A stretch of DNA of 64,000 bases from an uncultured delta proteobacterium (GTDB lineage: Bacteria; Desulfobacterota; Syntrophorhabdia; Syntrophorhabdales; WCHB1-27), in assembly GCA_963810935.1 (NCBI GenBank), contig CAWEPK010000015.1, forward strand, positions 16,827-80,826, read 5' to 3'. A program made the position numbers and the translations under genes. The notes below the pieces were generated by a model. It did no database searches and had not been told where the DNA came from. It saw only the letters and a list, made by a program, of their open reading frames with translations. Position 1 is the stretch's first letter, and every line of letters begins with the position of its first letter. Positions 32,925 to 43,494 of the stretch are shown one piece after another.

Positions 32925-33599
32925 TTGAAAAATAATTTTAAGCTCATGAAGGACAACATAGTGAAGGAAAGCGCCGGTCTCTTCCTCCATAACGGCTTCC
33001 AGGGTACGACCATCAAGGACATCACGGACGCGGTGGACCTGACGAAGGGAGCTTTCTACTGGTACTTCAAGAGCAAGGACGAGCTTTTGGAGGCGATCCT
33101 GGAGGAATGGGAAAAAACGTTCCTCGACGGGCTGATCGCCGGCAACCAGAAGGTTCAGGGCGATTTCTTCCTGAAATTCAGGGAATACCATAAGTATTCG
33201 ACGGAATACGCGGTGCTTTACCGCGACCTGGCCATGGTCTGGACCCTGCTGGCCGCGGAGCTGACGCGCAGCGGCCTCAAGGCGGAGAAGACGTTCCGGA
33301 GGATCCTCGACCGGTATACGAGTTTCGTCCAGGCCCTTATCGAGCAGGGTAAGGCGGAGCGCGCGGTGAAGACGGACCTCGACACGCGCGTCCTCGCCAA
33401 TACGATAATCGCCATCCACAACGGCGTCCTACTGCAATGGTACATGAGGCAGGACGACATCGACGGGCCTCAACTCGCAAGGACCTTCAGGAGCGTCCTC
33501 CTGACAGGCATAACCGCGGGCGCGCCCAAGGCGAATGGGGGGAAGGTAAACACGCAGGCCGGGGGCGGCAGGCGTAGAAAAACCACAAAAGGGGAGTAA
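32925..33599 (+). CDS. TetR/AcrR-family regulator
   Basis: GFQGTTIKDITDAVDLTKGAFYWYFKSKDEL HTH. Confidence 0.92.
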   Translation: MKNNFKLMKDNIVKESAGLFLHNGFQGTTIKDITDAVDLTKGAFYWYFKSKDELLEAILEEWEKTFLDGLIAGNQKVQGDFFLKFREYHKYSTEYAVLYRDLAMVWTLLAAELTRSGLKAEKTFRRILDRYTSFVQALIEQGKAERAVKTDLDTRVLANTIIAIHNGVLLQWYMRQDDIDGPQLARTFRSVLLTGITAGAPKANGGKVNTQAGGGRRRKTTKGE

Positions 33600-33600
33600 C

Positions 33601-34773
33601 ATGAGTGACGTGGTAATCGTAGAAGCTACACGATCACCGATAGGGACGTTCGGCGGCGCCCTGCGGGACGTAACGGCAATCCAGCTCTCTCAGTTCATCA
33701 TCGAGTCCATCGTCAAGCGCTCCGGATTGGAAAAGAATCTTATCGACCAGGTCATCATGGGCAACTGCTTCGAGCCCATCGACCATAACGTCGCCAGGAT
33801 AGGCCTCGTAAAAGCGGGGCTTCCCCTCGAGACTACGGCGTTCCATATCGTGGCCACCTGCGGCTCGGGGATGCAGGCCATAATCTCCGGCCTCCAGAGC
33901 ATCAACGACGGCAACGCGGAATGCGTGATCTCCGGCGGCATCGAAAGCATGAGTACTGCGCCCTACCTGCTACAGACTGCGCGGTGGGGTTACCGGCTCC
34001 AGCACCATCAGGCGGTAGACATGATCTGGAAGTCGATGCAGGAGCATCCCATCGGCGGGGGGATGGGCCTGACGGCCGAAAGGCTGGCCGAGCAGCACTC
34101 GATCTCCAGGGAGGAGCAGGACGCCTTCGCGCTGCGGAGCCAGCAGAACGCCGGCAGGGCGATCAGGGAGGGGCGCTTCAGGGACGAGATCACGCCCTAT
34201 CCCCTTCCCCAGCGTAAAGGCGACCCGAAGATGTTCGACACGGACGAGTATCCGAAGCCGGACATGACGATGGAGAAGCTGGCCGCCCTTCCAGCCGCTT
34301 TCAAGGAAGGCGGGACCGTTACGGCGGGAAACGCATGCGGCATCAACGACGCGGCGGCTGCCGTCATCATCATGTCTGAAAAACGCGCCAAGGAGCTGGG
34401 GAAGAAGCCTCTTGCGCGCATCGCGGGATACGCAGTGGCGGGCGTAGACCCGGAAATCATGGGCATAGGGCCCGTGCCTGCGACAAAGAAGGCCCTCACA
34501 CGTGCGGGTTTCAGCCTGGGCGACATCCAGCTTATCGAGATAAACGAGGCCTTCGCGGCCCAGTACCTCGCATGCGAGAAGCTGATAGGCTGGGACAGGC
34601 AGATAGTAAACGTCAACGGCAGCGGCATATCCCTGGGACACCCCGTTGGGTGCACGGGCGCAAGGCTGGTAGTTACGCTGCTTCATGAGATGATGAAAAG
34701 GGACCTGCATCGCGGGCTGGCTACGCTCTGCGCGGGCGGCGGCCAGGGCTTCGCGGTGGTCCTGGAGAGATAG
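33601..34773 (+). CDS. thiolase (acetyl-CoA C-acyltransferase)
   Basis: CGSG, GTVTAGNA, NEAFA, GHPVGCTG, LCAGGG. Confidence 0.95.
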   Translation: MSDVVIVEATRSPIGTFGGALRDVTAIQLSQFIIESIVKRSGLEKNLIDQVIMGNCFEPIDHNVARIGLVKAGLPLETTAFHIVATCGSGMQAIISGLQSINDGNAECVISGGIESMSTAPYLLQTARWGYRLQHHQAVDMIWKSMQEHPIGGGMGLTAERLAEQHSISREEQDAFALRSQQNAGRAIREGRFRDEITPYPLPQRKGDPKMFDTDEYPKPDMTMEKLAALPAAFKEGGTVTAGNACGINDAAAAVIIMSEKRAKELGKKPLARIAGYAVAGVDPEIMGIGPVPATKKALTRAGFSLGDIQLIEINEAFAAQYLACEKLIGWDRQIVNVNGSGISLGHPVGCTGARLVVTLLHEMMKRDLHRGLATLCAGGGQGFAVVLER

Positions 34774-34868
34774 AGAAAATAACTGCCTGCGCGCGGGGGC
34801 GCGCGCCGGTGGGGGCCTGAAAGCAACGGGCCCGTTTTACGTTTACTTGTCCAGGGGGATGGGGGGGT

Positions 34869-36471
34869 ATGGATACGCTTGCCATTAACTCGGGTTGGGA
34901 GTTATCGGAGGAGGAGCGTCCCGGCTTCAAGGGCCGTATCATGCGGCACAGGCCGGCCAGCGTTGTGGAGCCTGCTGGAGAATACAGTCGGGCAGTTCCC
35001 GGAGCGCGTCGGGTTCATTGCCGACGACCGGCGCATGACTTACGCCGCGTTCGACGAGGCGGTAAACCGGGTGGCGTCCGGCTTGGAGGCCGCGGGCATA
35101 GGCCGGGGCGACCACGTGGCCGTCCTTCTCGGCACGCAACTCGAATTCCCCATCACATTTTTTGCGGTCATGAAGCTCGGCGCGGTAATCGTGCCCCTGA
35201 ACACCAGGTTTAAGGGCGAGGAGCTGGCGTACGAGATCAACGATTCCGAGAGCAAGCTCCTCATCGTCGATGAGAATTACTGGCAGTACGTCGAGCCCGT
35301 AACGGGGCAGTTAGAGACGGTCAAAGCGATCTTCTTCAACGGGTCCGCGCCGCCAAAGGGCGCCCTGCCCTTTTCGCAACTTGCACAGCACGCGGGGACC
35401 GCTTTCCGGCGCGCCTCGCTGACGGAAGACGACATAGCCGGCATCATGTACACTTCCGGCACCACGGGCAAGCCGAAAGGCGCCATCCTGCACCAGCGGG
35501 GCCTCGTAGTCACCGCGATGCTCGTGGCCGATTTCATCCAGTACCGGCCTGATGACAAGATGATATGCTCCATACCGCTTTTCCATATCACGGGTATGTC
35601 GAGCGTAATGCTGCCCCCGATCTTCAGCGGGGCGGCGTGCGTCTATATGAAACAGTTCAAGACCAGGGATTTCCTGGACCTCGTCGCTTCCGAAAAAGTG
35701 ACGCACTACATGGGCGTCGTCAACGTGGTCTGGCTCATGGTCAACCATCCCGATTTCGACCGGTACGATTTCTCTTCCTTCAGGACGGTCCTTTTCGGCG
35801 GCTCTTTTGCTACGGAAGAAATGGTCAGGGGCATTTTCGACAAGCTGCCGCACGTCCGCGTCAGCGTCGGGTATGGTCTGACGGAAAGCTTCGCCATCGT
35901 GACGTCTACGCCGTTCGAAGACGCCCTGCGCAAGATAAACGCGGTGGGCAAGCTGCTGCCCACCATGGACGCGAGGATCGTTGACGACAACGACAAGGCC
36001 ATGCCCGTAGGGGAAATCGGCGAGATCGTGCTCAAGGGGCCGAAGGTCTTCAAAGGCTATTGGAAAAAGCCGGAAGCAACGAAGGAGACCATAATCGACG
36101 GCTGGCTCCATACGGGCGACATAGGCAAGATCGACGACGAAGGGTTCATTTACATACTCGACCGGAAGAAGGACATGATCAACCGCGGCGGGGAAAAAAT
36201 ATACTGCCTCGAAGTCGAGAACGTCATATCGTGCATCCCCAAGGTGCTCGACGTCGCGGTCGTCGGCGTACCCGACAGGATCATGGGCGAAGTGGTAAAG
36301 GCGTGCGTAGTCGTGAGGCCCGGCGAGGAGGCGACGGAGGAAGAGATCAGGCAATACTGCGCCGCAAGCCTCGCGGATTACAAGGTGCCCAAGATAGTGA
36401 GCTTTCTGGAAAGTCTTCCCAGGAACCCGGCAGGCAAGGTGAATAAAGCCGAGCTGCGCCGCAGCGTCTGA
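34869..36471 (+). CDS. acyl-CoA synthetase / class I adenylate-forming enzyme (frameshift ~34950)
   Basis: MYTSGTTGKPKGA, YGLTES, WLHTGDIG, DRKKDMINRGGEKI, PRNPAGKV. Confidence 0.92.
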
Positions 36472-36515
36472 AAAAAGGCGGCGAAATAACCGCTTTCAGG
36501 CGAAAAGGCAGGACC

Positions 36516-37257
36516 ATGGAGAAGAAAGTCGCCCTCGTCACCGGCTCAGCACGCGGCATAGGCCGCGCCATAGCGGTCGGCCTTGCAGCACAAGGCGCGC
36601 AGGTAGTGATCAATTACCGCACGAGGCGGGACGCAGCGGATGACGTCGCGGCAGAGATCGAAAAAGCCGGGGGCGAGTGCCTTGTCGTGGAAGGCGACGT
36701 CGCCGATGACCGCGCGGTCAACGCGCTGGTCGAACAAGTCGGCGAAAAATGGGGCGCCATCGACATCCTCGTTAATAACGCAGCCCTCCACAGGGGCGGC
36801 AGGATCCAGACGATTTCAACAGAAGACTGGCGCCTGGTGATCGACACCGCGCTCGGGGGTGCGTTCAACTGCTGCCGGCAGGTCGTCCCCATGATGGTGA
36901 GTAAGGGATGGGGCAGGATAATCAACCTGTCGTCGTATGTGGCGCTCCACGGCTACCCCGGCGATACGGCTTACGGGGCGGCGAAGGCGGGCCTCCTCGG
37001 CCTTACCATGTCCCTTGCCAAAGAGGTGGCGTCGAAAGGCGTCACCGTCAACGCTGTCGTGCCGGGGTTTGTCCCTACGGATATGACGCGGGGCCTTTTC
37101 GATACGGAGGAGAAAATGGAGCGGGAGGCTGAAGAACATCCCCATGCGCCGCCCCGGCAAACCGGAGGACGTCGCGGAGATGGTCGGCTTCCTGGTGTTC
37201 AAAGCGGATTACGTGACGGGCGCGATCATACGCGTCGACGGCGGCCTTGCCATATAG
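36516..37257 (+). CDS. FabG-like SDR oxidoreductase (frameshift ~37128)
   Basis: TGSARGIG, LVNNA, YGAAK; the corrected C-terminus reads IPMRRPGKPEDVA..YVTGAIIRVDGG. Confidence 0.9.
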
Positions 37258-37293
37258 CAGCGTAAAAGCGGAAGCAGCGGAGGGTATAAGACC

Positions 37294-38727
37294 ATGAGAG
37301 ATGCCGCGCAGTACATCGAGAGCCTCAGGGACGGGCGTGAGGTCTATATCCACGGCGAGCGCGTCGAAGACGTCACCAGGCACCCTTCCCTGCGAAAGGC
37401 CATCGATCACGGCGCCATCGATTACGAGCTCGACAAGCAGGCGGAGCTGCGGGACCTGCTGGTCATGCGCTCGCCGGAGACGGGCAACGAGATCAGGCGG
37501 TATTTCGAGCTGCCCAGGACGCCCGAAGACCTGCTGCGCAGGCAGGAGGTCATCGAGACGACGACGCAAAACGGTGCGTCCATCGTGATCTTCATGAAGG
37601 AGATCGGAACGGACGCGCTCAACGCGCTCAACATGATGTGCTACGAGATGGACAAGAAGTTCGGCACCCCCTATTCGGAGAGGGTGGCGGAATACAGGCG
37701 CTACCTGGAAGAGAACGACCTCAGCATGGCCGGCGCGGTGACCGACGTGAAAGGCGACCGGCAGCTCCGGCCGTCCCAGCAGGAGATGCCGTACTATTAC
37801 CTGAAGGTCATAGAGAGGCGCGAGGGCGGCGTAGTGGTAAGGGGATGCAAGGTGCACACGACGTCGGCGCCCATCACGAACGAGCTGCTCGTCCTGCCGA
37901 CGAGGGCCATGACGGAGGCGGACAGGGATTACTGCATCGCCTTCGGCATACCGGTCAACACCAAAGGCGTGAAAATCATCTCCAGGCCGGAGCGGGGCGA
38001 CCTCGGCGCCTTCGACTATCCTCTAAGCGGACGCCACACGACCCTCGAAGCCATGACGATATTCGACGACGTCTTCGTGCCGTCGGAGCGGATATTCATG
38101 GACGGGGAGTGGGAGTTCGCGGGTAGCCTGGCCAACTGCTTCGCTACGTGGCACCGCTTCACGGGCGTCTCGTACAAGTATCCCTTCGCAAGGATGATGA
38201 TCGGCGCGGCCGCGCTGATCGCGGATTATAACGGCGTGCCGAACGCCTCCCACATCAAGGACAGGATAACGGACCTCGTAATCTATGCCCAGTCGATCAA
38301 GACCTTCGGGCAGGCGGCGGCCAGGGAATGCGTCATAACGGAGAACGGCGTCGCCTATCCCAACCCGCTTTTGTGCAATATCGGCAAATACCTGTTCGCG
38401 ACGAACTACCATGTCTCCATGAAGGCCCTCCAGGAAGTGGCCGGCGGGCTGGCGGCGACAGGGCCTACGGAGGCCGATTGCAGGAACCCGGCGACAAAGG
38501 AGCTGATCGAGCGCTACCTGGGCGGGCGCAACGGCGCGGACGCGATCAGCAGGCTCAAGGTGATGAAGCTTATCCGCGACATGGGCGGCACGGAAGGGGC
38601 CGGCGAGTGGTGGGTAGGCACGCTCCACGGCGAGGGGTCGCTCCAGGCCCAGAGGATGTCGATCGGCCGGGAATTCGATGTGGCCGGGTGTGTAGATTAC
38701 GTGAAGCACCTGCTCGATGTGAAATAA
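37294..38727 (+). CDS. 4-hydroxybutyryl-CoA dehydratase (AbfD)/HpaB-family flavoprotein lacking the Fe-S cysteines
   Basis: YIESLRDGR, TDVKGDR..RPS, LEAMTIFDDVFVP.ERIF, IGAAALIADYNG..ASHIKD, HGEGSLQAQR. Confidence 0.85.
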   Translation: MRDAAQYIESLRDGREVYIHGERVEDVTRHPSLRKAIDHGAIDYELDKQAELRDLLVMRSPETGNEIRRYFELPRTPEDLLRRQEVIETTTQNGASIVIFMKEIGTDALNALNMMCYEMDKKFGTPYSERVAEYRRYLEENDLSMAGAVTDVKGDRQLRPSQQEMPYYYLKVIERREGGVVVRGCKVHTTSAPITNELLVLPTRAMTEADRDYCIAFGIPVNTKGVKIISRPERGDLGAFDYPLSGRHTTLEAMTIFDDVFVPSERIFMDGEWEFAGSLANCFATWHRFTGVSYKYPFARMMIGAAALIADYNGVPNASHIKDRITDLVIYAQSIKTFGQAAARECVITENGVAYPNPLLCNIGKYLFATNYHVSMKALQEVAGGLAATGPTEADCRNPATKELIERYLGGRNGADAISRLKVMKLIRDMGGTEGAGEWWVGTLHGEGSLQAQRMSIGREFDVAGCVDYVKHLLDVK

Positions 38728-38851
38728 GGCCGGGGTGCGGGGGCGCACCCGCCGGGCCCGTAATACAGGAAAAATGGGATCGTGCACATGTTGTGCCCGC
38801 TCCGGTAAAAACTAGGGAGCAAGCAGTACTCAAGCAAAGGGGGGTATCGTT

Positions 38852-39880
38852 ATGAAGGTTTCCAGGGGTAGCTTCTTTTCCATCTGTCTGGTCGCGATCG
38901 TTGCCTGCGCTCTTGCGGCGCCCGCCTTCTCGGCGGAACAGGTTGTAAGGCTGAAATACGCAATGTTCATGCCGCCCACGCACCCGATCACGCAGTTGGC
39001 CGAACAGTGGGGTAAGGAGCTGGAGAAGAGGACGAACGGGCGCGTCAAGACCGCCTTTTTCCCGGCGGGCACGCTCGTCTCGGCAAACCAGACGTATGAC
39101 GCCGTCGTGAAAGGCATCGTGGACATCGGCTGGAGCATCATGTCATATACGCCGGGCAGGATGCCGCTGTCGGAGGTCATTGTCCTTCCCCTCGGGTACA
39201 AGAGCGGCGCCCAGTCCACCCGCATGTCGAACGCATTTTACAAGAAGTTCAAGCCGCATGAGTACGACGACGTGAAGCTCTTCTACCTGCACGCCCACGG
39301 CCCCGGCTTTTTCCACACCAAGAAACCCGTGAACAAGATCGAGGACCTCAAAGGACTGCGCATAAAGAGCGACGCGAATACGTCCAAAGTCGTCACGGCA
39401 GCCGGCGCGACGCCCACGACAATGCCTATGCTCGAGACGTACGACGCCCTGAAACGGGGCCTTGCGGACGGCGTGCTCCTTCCCATGGAGACCCTCAAAG
39501 GCTGGAAATTCGGGGAGCCCTGCAAGTATTCGTATGTGAACCTCGGCAATAGTTACGCGAACGGGTTTTTCATCGCCATGAACAAAGAAAAGTGGAACTC
39601 GCTCCCGAAGGACGTCCAGCAGATCATCGACAAGCTGAACGAGGAGTGGTTCGACAAGCAGGCGAAGCTCTGGGCATGGGTCGATGAAGACGGGCTCGAG
39701 TTTGCAAAGAAGGCGGGGCAGAAGTTCGTTCACGCGGACGCAGCCGACGAGGCGAAGATGCGTGTCCGCATGCAGCCGCTTCTCGACAACTATGTAAAGA
39801 GCATGAAAGAAAAGGGCCTGCCGGGGGAGGAGGTCCTTAAGTGGTGCCAGAACTGGCTGAAGAACACATCGGCCGAATAG
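38852..39880 (+). CDS. dctP: TRAP transporter substrate-binding protein
   Basis: Signal peptide; DLKGLRIK, ETYDALKRGLADG, MNKEKWNSLP.D.Q. Confidence 0.9.
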   Translation: MKVSRGSFFSICLVAIVACALAAPAFSAEQVVRLKYAMFMPPTHPITQLAEQWGKELEKRTNGRVKTAFFPAGTLVSANQTYDAVVKGIVDIGWSIMSYTPGRMPLSEVIVLPLGYKSGAQSTRMSNAFYKKFKPHEYDDVKLFYLHAHGPGFFHTKKPVNKIEDLKGLRIKSDANTSKVVTAAGATPTTMPMLETYDALKRGLADGVLLPMETLKGWKFGEPCKYSYVNLGNSYANGFFIAMNKEKWNSLPKDVQQIIDKLNEEWFDKQAKLWAWVDEDGLEFAKKAGQKFVHADAADEAKMRVRMQPLLDNYVKSMKEKGLPGEEVLKWCQNWLKNTSAE

Positions 39881-39954
39881 GCCGTCTTTGTTCAGGCCGG
39901 GCAACTTGAAAACTTATAATCAACCACGCGTTTTAGTGTGGGGAGGGGGAGTCC

Positions 39955-40428
39955 ATGCTGTCTACCCTTGAGAAAAGGACGTGCACCGTCCTTCTTCTCG
40001 TCGCGGAGTTAACACTCGCCTTCATGTTCGTCTTCACCCTCGCGGACGTTATCATGAGGGGGTTGGGTACGCCCATGGTAGGCGACTATGAGGTCATCTC
40101 GTTCCTGGGGGCGGTCGTCATAGGCTTTTCCCTTCCCTACACCTCGTCTTTAAAGGGGCATGTCTATGTCGACTTCCTCATAGAGAAGCTCCCTCCCCGC
40201 TGGAAGGCGGCCATGGAGATATCCACCCGGATCATATCCATTGCCCTCTTCCTCTGGATAGGCTGGAACTTCGTCGTGATGAGCCTGGACCTCATCAAGT
40301 CGAAAGAGGTCACCCCGGTCTTCAGGCTGCCCTTCTACCCGATCTCTTTGGGACTCGCCCTCTGCTCTTTAGTCCAGTGCGTGACTTTTTTAGGCCAGAT
40401 CGCCCGGATCGCCCGGAGGCAGGCATGA
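39955..40428 (+). CDS. dctQ: TRAP transporter small permease
   Basis: 4 TM helices, DVIMR, GHVYVDFL; lies between dctP and dctM. Confidence 0.88.
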   Translation: MLSTLEKRTCTVLLLVAELTLAFMFVFTLADVIMRGLGTPMVGDYEVISFLGAVVIGFSLPYTSSLKGHVYVDFLIEKLPPRWKAAMEISTRIISIALFLWIGWNFVVMSLDLIKSKEVTPVFRLPFYPISLGLALCSLVQCVTFLGQIARIARRQA

Positions 40429-41723
40429 GTGAGGTAACTACCGGCATCATCGGCATAGTCGTTTTGCTTTTAATGTTCTTAACAGGCATAGAGCTCGCCT
40501 ACGGGATGACCATAATAGGCTTTTTAGGCATCGCATACCTGGGCAAGATGAGCGCTGCGTCCAACCAGGTGGTCAAGGATTTCTTCGACACCTTCACCTC
40601 CTACGGCTTTACCGTTATCCCCATCTTCGTCCTCATGGGCCAGATCGCCTCCAACTCGGACATTGCCAAGAAGCTCTATAACTCGGCGGAGAAGTTTGTG
40701 GGCCACATACCCGGCGGGATCGCGATGACGACAGTCGTGGGGGCAACGCTTTTCAAGGCGATGTGCGGTTCCACTATGGCGACGTGCGCTACGTTCGCCG
40801 GCATTGCCATTCCCGAGATGACCCGTCTGGGGTACAGTAAAAAGCTCTCCCTGGGGGTTGTCGCCTCGGTCGGCACTCTGGGGATGCTCATCCCGCCCAG
40901 CGTCTCGCTGATTATTTACGGCATTGTCACCGAGCAGTCGATAGGGAAGCTCTTTCTCGCGGGCATTATCCCCGGTGTTCTGATATCCTTTTTCTTCATA
41001 TTAGTCATTTACGGCTGGGTGAAGATCGACCCGTCGGTCGCACAGATGGCGCCTAAGTCCACCTGGCCCGAGAGGATCAAATCCTCCCCCGATTTCTTCT
41101 GGGTGGCCGTCATCTTCGTAGTCGTCATAGGGGGCCTCATGGAGGGCTGGTTCTCCCCCACCGAGGCAGGCAGCATAGGCACGGCCGCAGTCCTGGTCCT
41201 TGCCCTGTCCAAGCGGACCCTGCCCTTCGGCAAGCTTCAAAAAGCCTTCGAGGAGTCCTTGCGGACCGCCTGCATGGTCCTTCTTCTTATCGCAGGCTCC
41301 CAGGTCTTCGGCCACTTCCTTGCCGTAACATCGATCCCCTTTATAGCGGCGGACTGGATATCGGGGCTTCCTTTGAACAGGAACCTCGTTATGATCCTCA
41401 TCATCTTTATCTACCTTTTAGGCGGCTCCTTCATAGACGACCTTGCCTTTATGATCCTTGCCACCCCCATCTTCTTCCCTGCGGTCGTCAAGCTGGGCTT
41501 CGACCCCATATGGTTCGGCATCATGGTCGGCATAACCATAATGATAGGTGTCGTCATACCGCCTGTGGCAATAGCGGTCTTTATAGTCAAGAACATAACC
41601 GGGGAGCCGTTCAACGTGATCTATGCGGGGGTATACCCGTTTTTGCTCGCTCTCATAGCCTGTGCGGCGCTTCTCTTTTTCTTCCCGCAGATCGCCACAT
41701 GGCTGCCTTCGGTTCTGGGGTAG
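40425..41723 (+). CDS. dctM: TRAP transporter large permease
   Basis: IPIFVLMG, GTLGMLIPPS, SIGKLFLAGIIPG, PTEAG, GFDPIWFG. Confidence 0.92.
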   Translation: MSEVTTGIIGIVVLLLMFLTGIELAYGMTIIGFLGIAYLGKMSAASNQVVKDFFDTFTSYGFTVIPIFVLMGQIASNSDIAKKLYNSAEKFVGHIPGGIAMTTVVGATLFKAMCGSTMATCATFAGIAIPEMTRLGYSKKLSLGVVASVGTLGMLIPPSVSLIIYGIVTEQSIGKLFLAGIIPGVLISFFFILVIYGWVKIDPSVAQMAPKSTWPERIKSSPDFFWVAVIFVVVIGGLMEGWFSPTEAGSIGTAAVLVLALSKRTLPFGKLQKAFEESLRTACMVLLLIAGSQVFGHFLAVTSIPFIAADWISGLPLNRNLVMILIIFIYLLGGSFIDDLAFMILATPIFFPAVVKLGFDPIWFGIMVGITIMIGVVIPPVAIAVFIVKNITGEPFNVIYAGVYPFLLALIACAALLFFFPQIATWLPSVLG

Positions 41724-41779
41724 GGGGACAAGATGCCGTTTAACAAAACGGCTGAAAGGATAAAGGGAGGGGGGTTTAC

Positions 41780-42667
41780 ATGGCATTCAAAAAAATAGGC
41801 GTGGTCGGATGCGGGGCGATGGGCGCGGGGATTGCGCAGCTTGCAGTGCAGGCCGGATACGATGTCGCAGTCAGCGACGTAGACACGGCGTTCCTCGACA
41901 AAGGCCTGGCGCGCGTGCGCGGCGGGTTGGAAAAGCTGGTGCAGAAAGGCGCGCTCACCGCGCCCGACCGGGACGCGATGCTCGGCCGCCTGTCGGGAAG
42001 CACGGCACTTGAAACCTTCGCGGGCTGCGATCTTGTCATAGAGGCGATCGTCGAGGACATCGACGCAAAGAAGGCCGTCTTCGCGCGGCTTGACGCGATA
42101 TGCGCTAAAGAGACGATCTTTGCCAGCAACACTTCGTCCCTTTCGGTGAGCACGATGGCCGCAGCCACGTCGCGCCCTACCCGCTTCATCGGCATGCATT
42201 TCTTCAACCCGGCAACCGTCATGCCCCTCGTGGAGATCATAAAGACCATAGCGACGGAGCCGCAGGTAGTCGATGCGGCCTTCGAAGTAAGCAAGGCCCT
42301 CGGGAAGGCGCCGATACTGGCGAGCGACAACGCGGGCTTCATCGTGAACCTGCTCCTTACGCCTTATTTGATGGACGCCATGCGCGCGGCCGGCACGGGG
42401 GTCGCCTCGGTCGAGCATATCGACATGGGCATGAAGCTCGGCTGCAACTACCCGATGGGGCCGCTTATGCTTTCGGACTTCATAGGCCTCGACGTCCTCA
42501 TCAAGGGCGCGGCCAGGCTTTTCGAGGAATACGCAGACAGCCGGTACGCGCCTCCGCCGATCCTCAAACGGATGGTGACGATGGGATACTACGGGTTTAA
42601 AACCGGGAAGGGCTTTTACGACTGGTCCGACCCGAAGCACCCGGTACCGGGCAAGCTGGATTTATAG
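41780..42667 (+). CDS. hbd: 3-hydroxyacyl(butyryl)-CoA dehydrogenase
   Basis: GCGAMGAGIA, VIEAIVE, ASNTSS, GMHFFNP, PMGPL..D.IGLD, G.KTGKGFY. Confidence 0.9.
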   Translation: MAFKKIGVVGCGAMGAGIAQLAVQAGYDVAVSDVDTAFLDKGLARVRGGLEKLVQKGALTAPDRDAMLGRLSGSTALETFAGCDLVIEAIVEDIDAKKAVFARLDAICAKETIFASNTSSLSVSTMAAATSRPTRFIGMHFFNPATVMPLVEIIKTIATEPQVVDAAFEVSKALGKAPILASDNAGFIVNLLLTPYLMDAMRAAGTGVASVEHIDMGMKLGCNYPMGPLMLSDFIGLDVLIKGAARLFEEYADSRYAPPPILKRMVTMGYYGFKTGKGFYDWSDPKHPVPGKLDL

Positions 42668-42692
42668 CCTTCACCGAGGAGAGCGATTAATT

Positions 42693-43472
42693 ATGCCGGA
42701 CGTTCTGTGGGAGATCAAAAACCGCATCGGGTACGTGACGGTCAACAGGGCGCACTCGGCGAACAGCATCACGAAGCCGTGCGTCGATGACTTCTCCGCA
42801 GCCATCAAGGCATGCAGGGAGGACGACGCCTGCCGCGCCGTCATCATCACGGGCGCGGGAGAGAAGGCGTTCTCCGCGGGCGCCGACGTCAACACTTTTC
42901 TGGAAGAGATAGAAAAGCCCATGGGCGGAAGGGAATGGTCCAGGTACGGGCAGGCGGCCTTCAATCTGCTCGACCGCCTCGGTAAGCCGACGGTCGCCGC
43001 GATTAACGGCCTCGCCATGGGCGGGGGGCTCGAGCTTGCCCTCGCCTGCACGTTCCGCATCGCCTCGCAAAGCGCAAGGCTCGGCTTCACGGAGATCAAC
43101 CTGGGCCTTCTGCCCGGCTGGGGCGGCCATTCGCGGCTGACCAGGCTCGTCGGCAAAAGCAAGGCTGCCGAGCTTCTTTTGACAGGTGATTTGATAGGCG
43201 CGGAAGGCGCGCTTGCTATGGGCCTCGTCGATAAAGTGACGGCCCCGCAGAACCTGATATCCGAATGTGAGGCACTGCTCGCGAGGATCATCAAGCACAG
43301 CCCGGTGGCGGTGCGGGTCGTCCTTGAGGCCCTGCATTACGCGCAGTACCAGCCGCTGGAGGACTCGCAGGTACTCGAATCGAACCTGGGAGGGCTTGCC
43401 TGCGGAAGCGCGGAAGCGCAGGAAGCGCTCAAGGCGTTTATTGACAAAAGAAAGGGCGGTGCGAAGGGGTAA
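42693..43472 (+). CDS. enoyl-CoA hydratase/crotonase
   Basis: AFSAGAD, KPTVAAING.AMGGGLELALAC, FTEINLG..PGWGG (both catalytic Glu present). Confidence 0.92.
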   Translation: MPDVLWEIKNRIGYVTVNRAHSANSITKPCVDDFSAAIKACREDDACRAVIITGAGEKAFSAGADVNTFLEEIEKPMGGREWSRYGQAAFNLLDRLGKPTVAAINGLAMGGGLELALACTFRIASQSARLGFTEINLGLLPGWGGHSRLTRLVGKSKAAELLLTGDLIGAEGALAMGLVDKVTAPQNLISECEALLARIIKHSPVAVRVVLEALHYAQYQPLEDSQVLESNLGGLACGSAEAQEALKAFIDKRKGGAKG

Positions 43473-43494
43473 GCTTAAAGCAAAGCCATTTTGA

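Noticed and set aside
37294..38727. Call as HpaB aromatic monooxygenase or as true AbfD
   Set aside because: The sequence is closer to AbfD and has no HpaC partner, yet it lacks the AbfD cluster cysteines, so neither name is supported.
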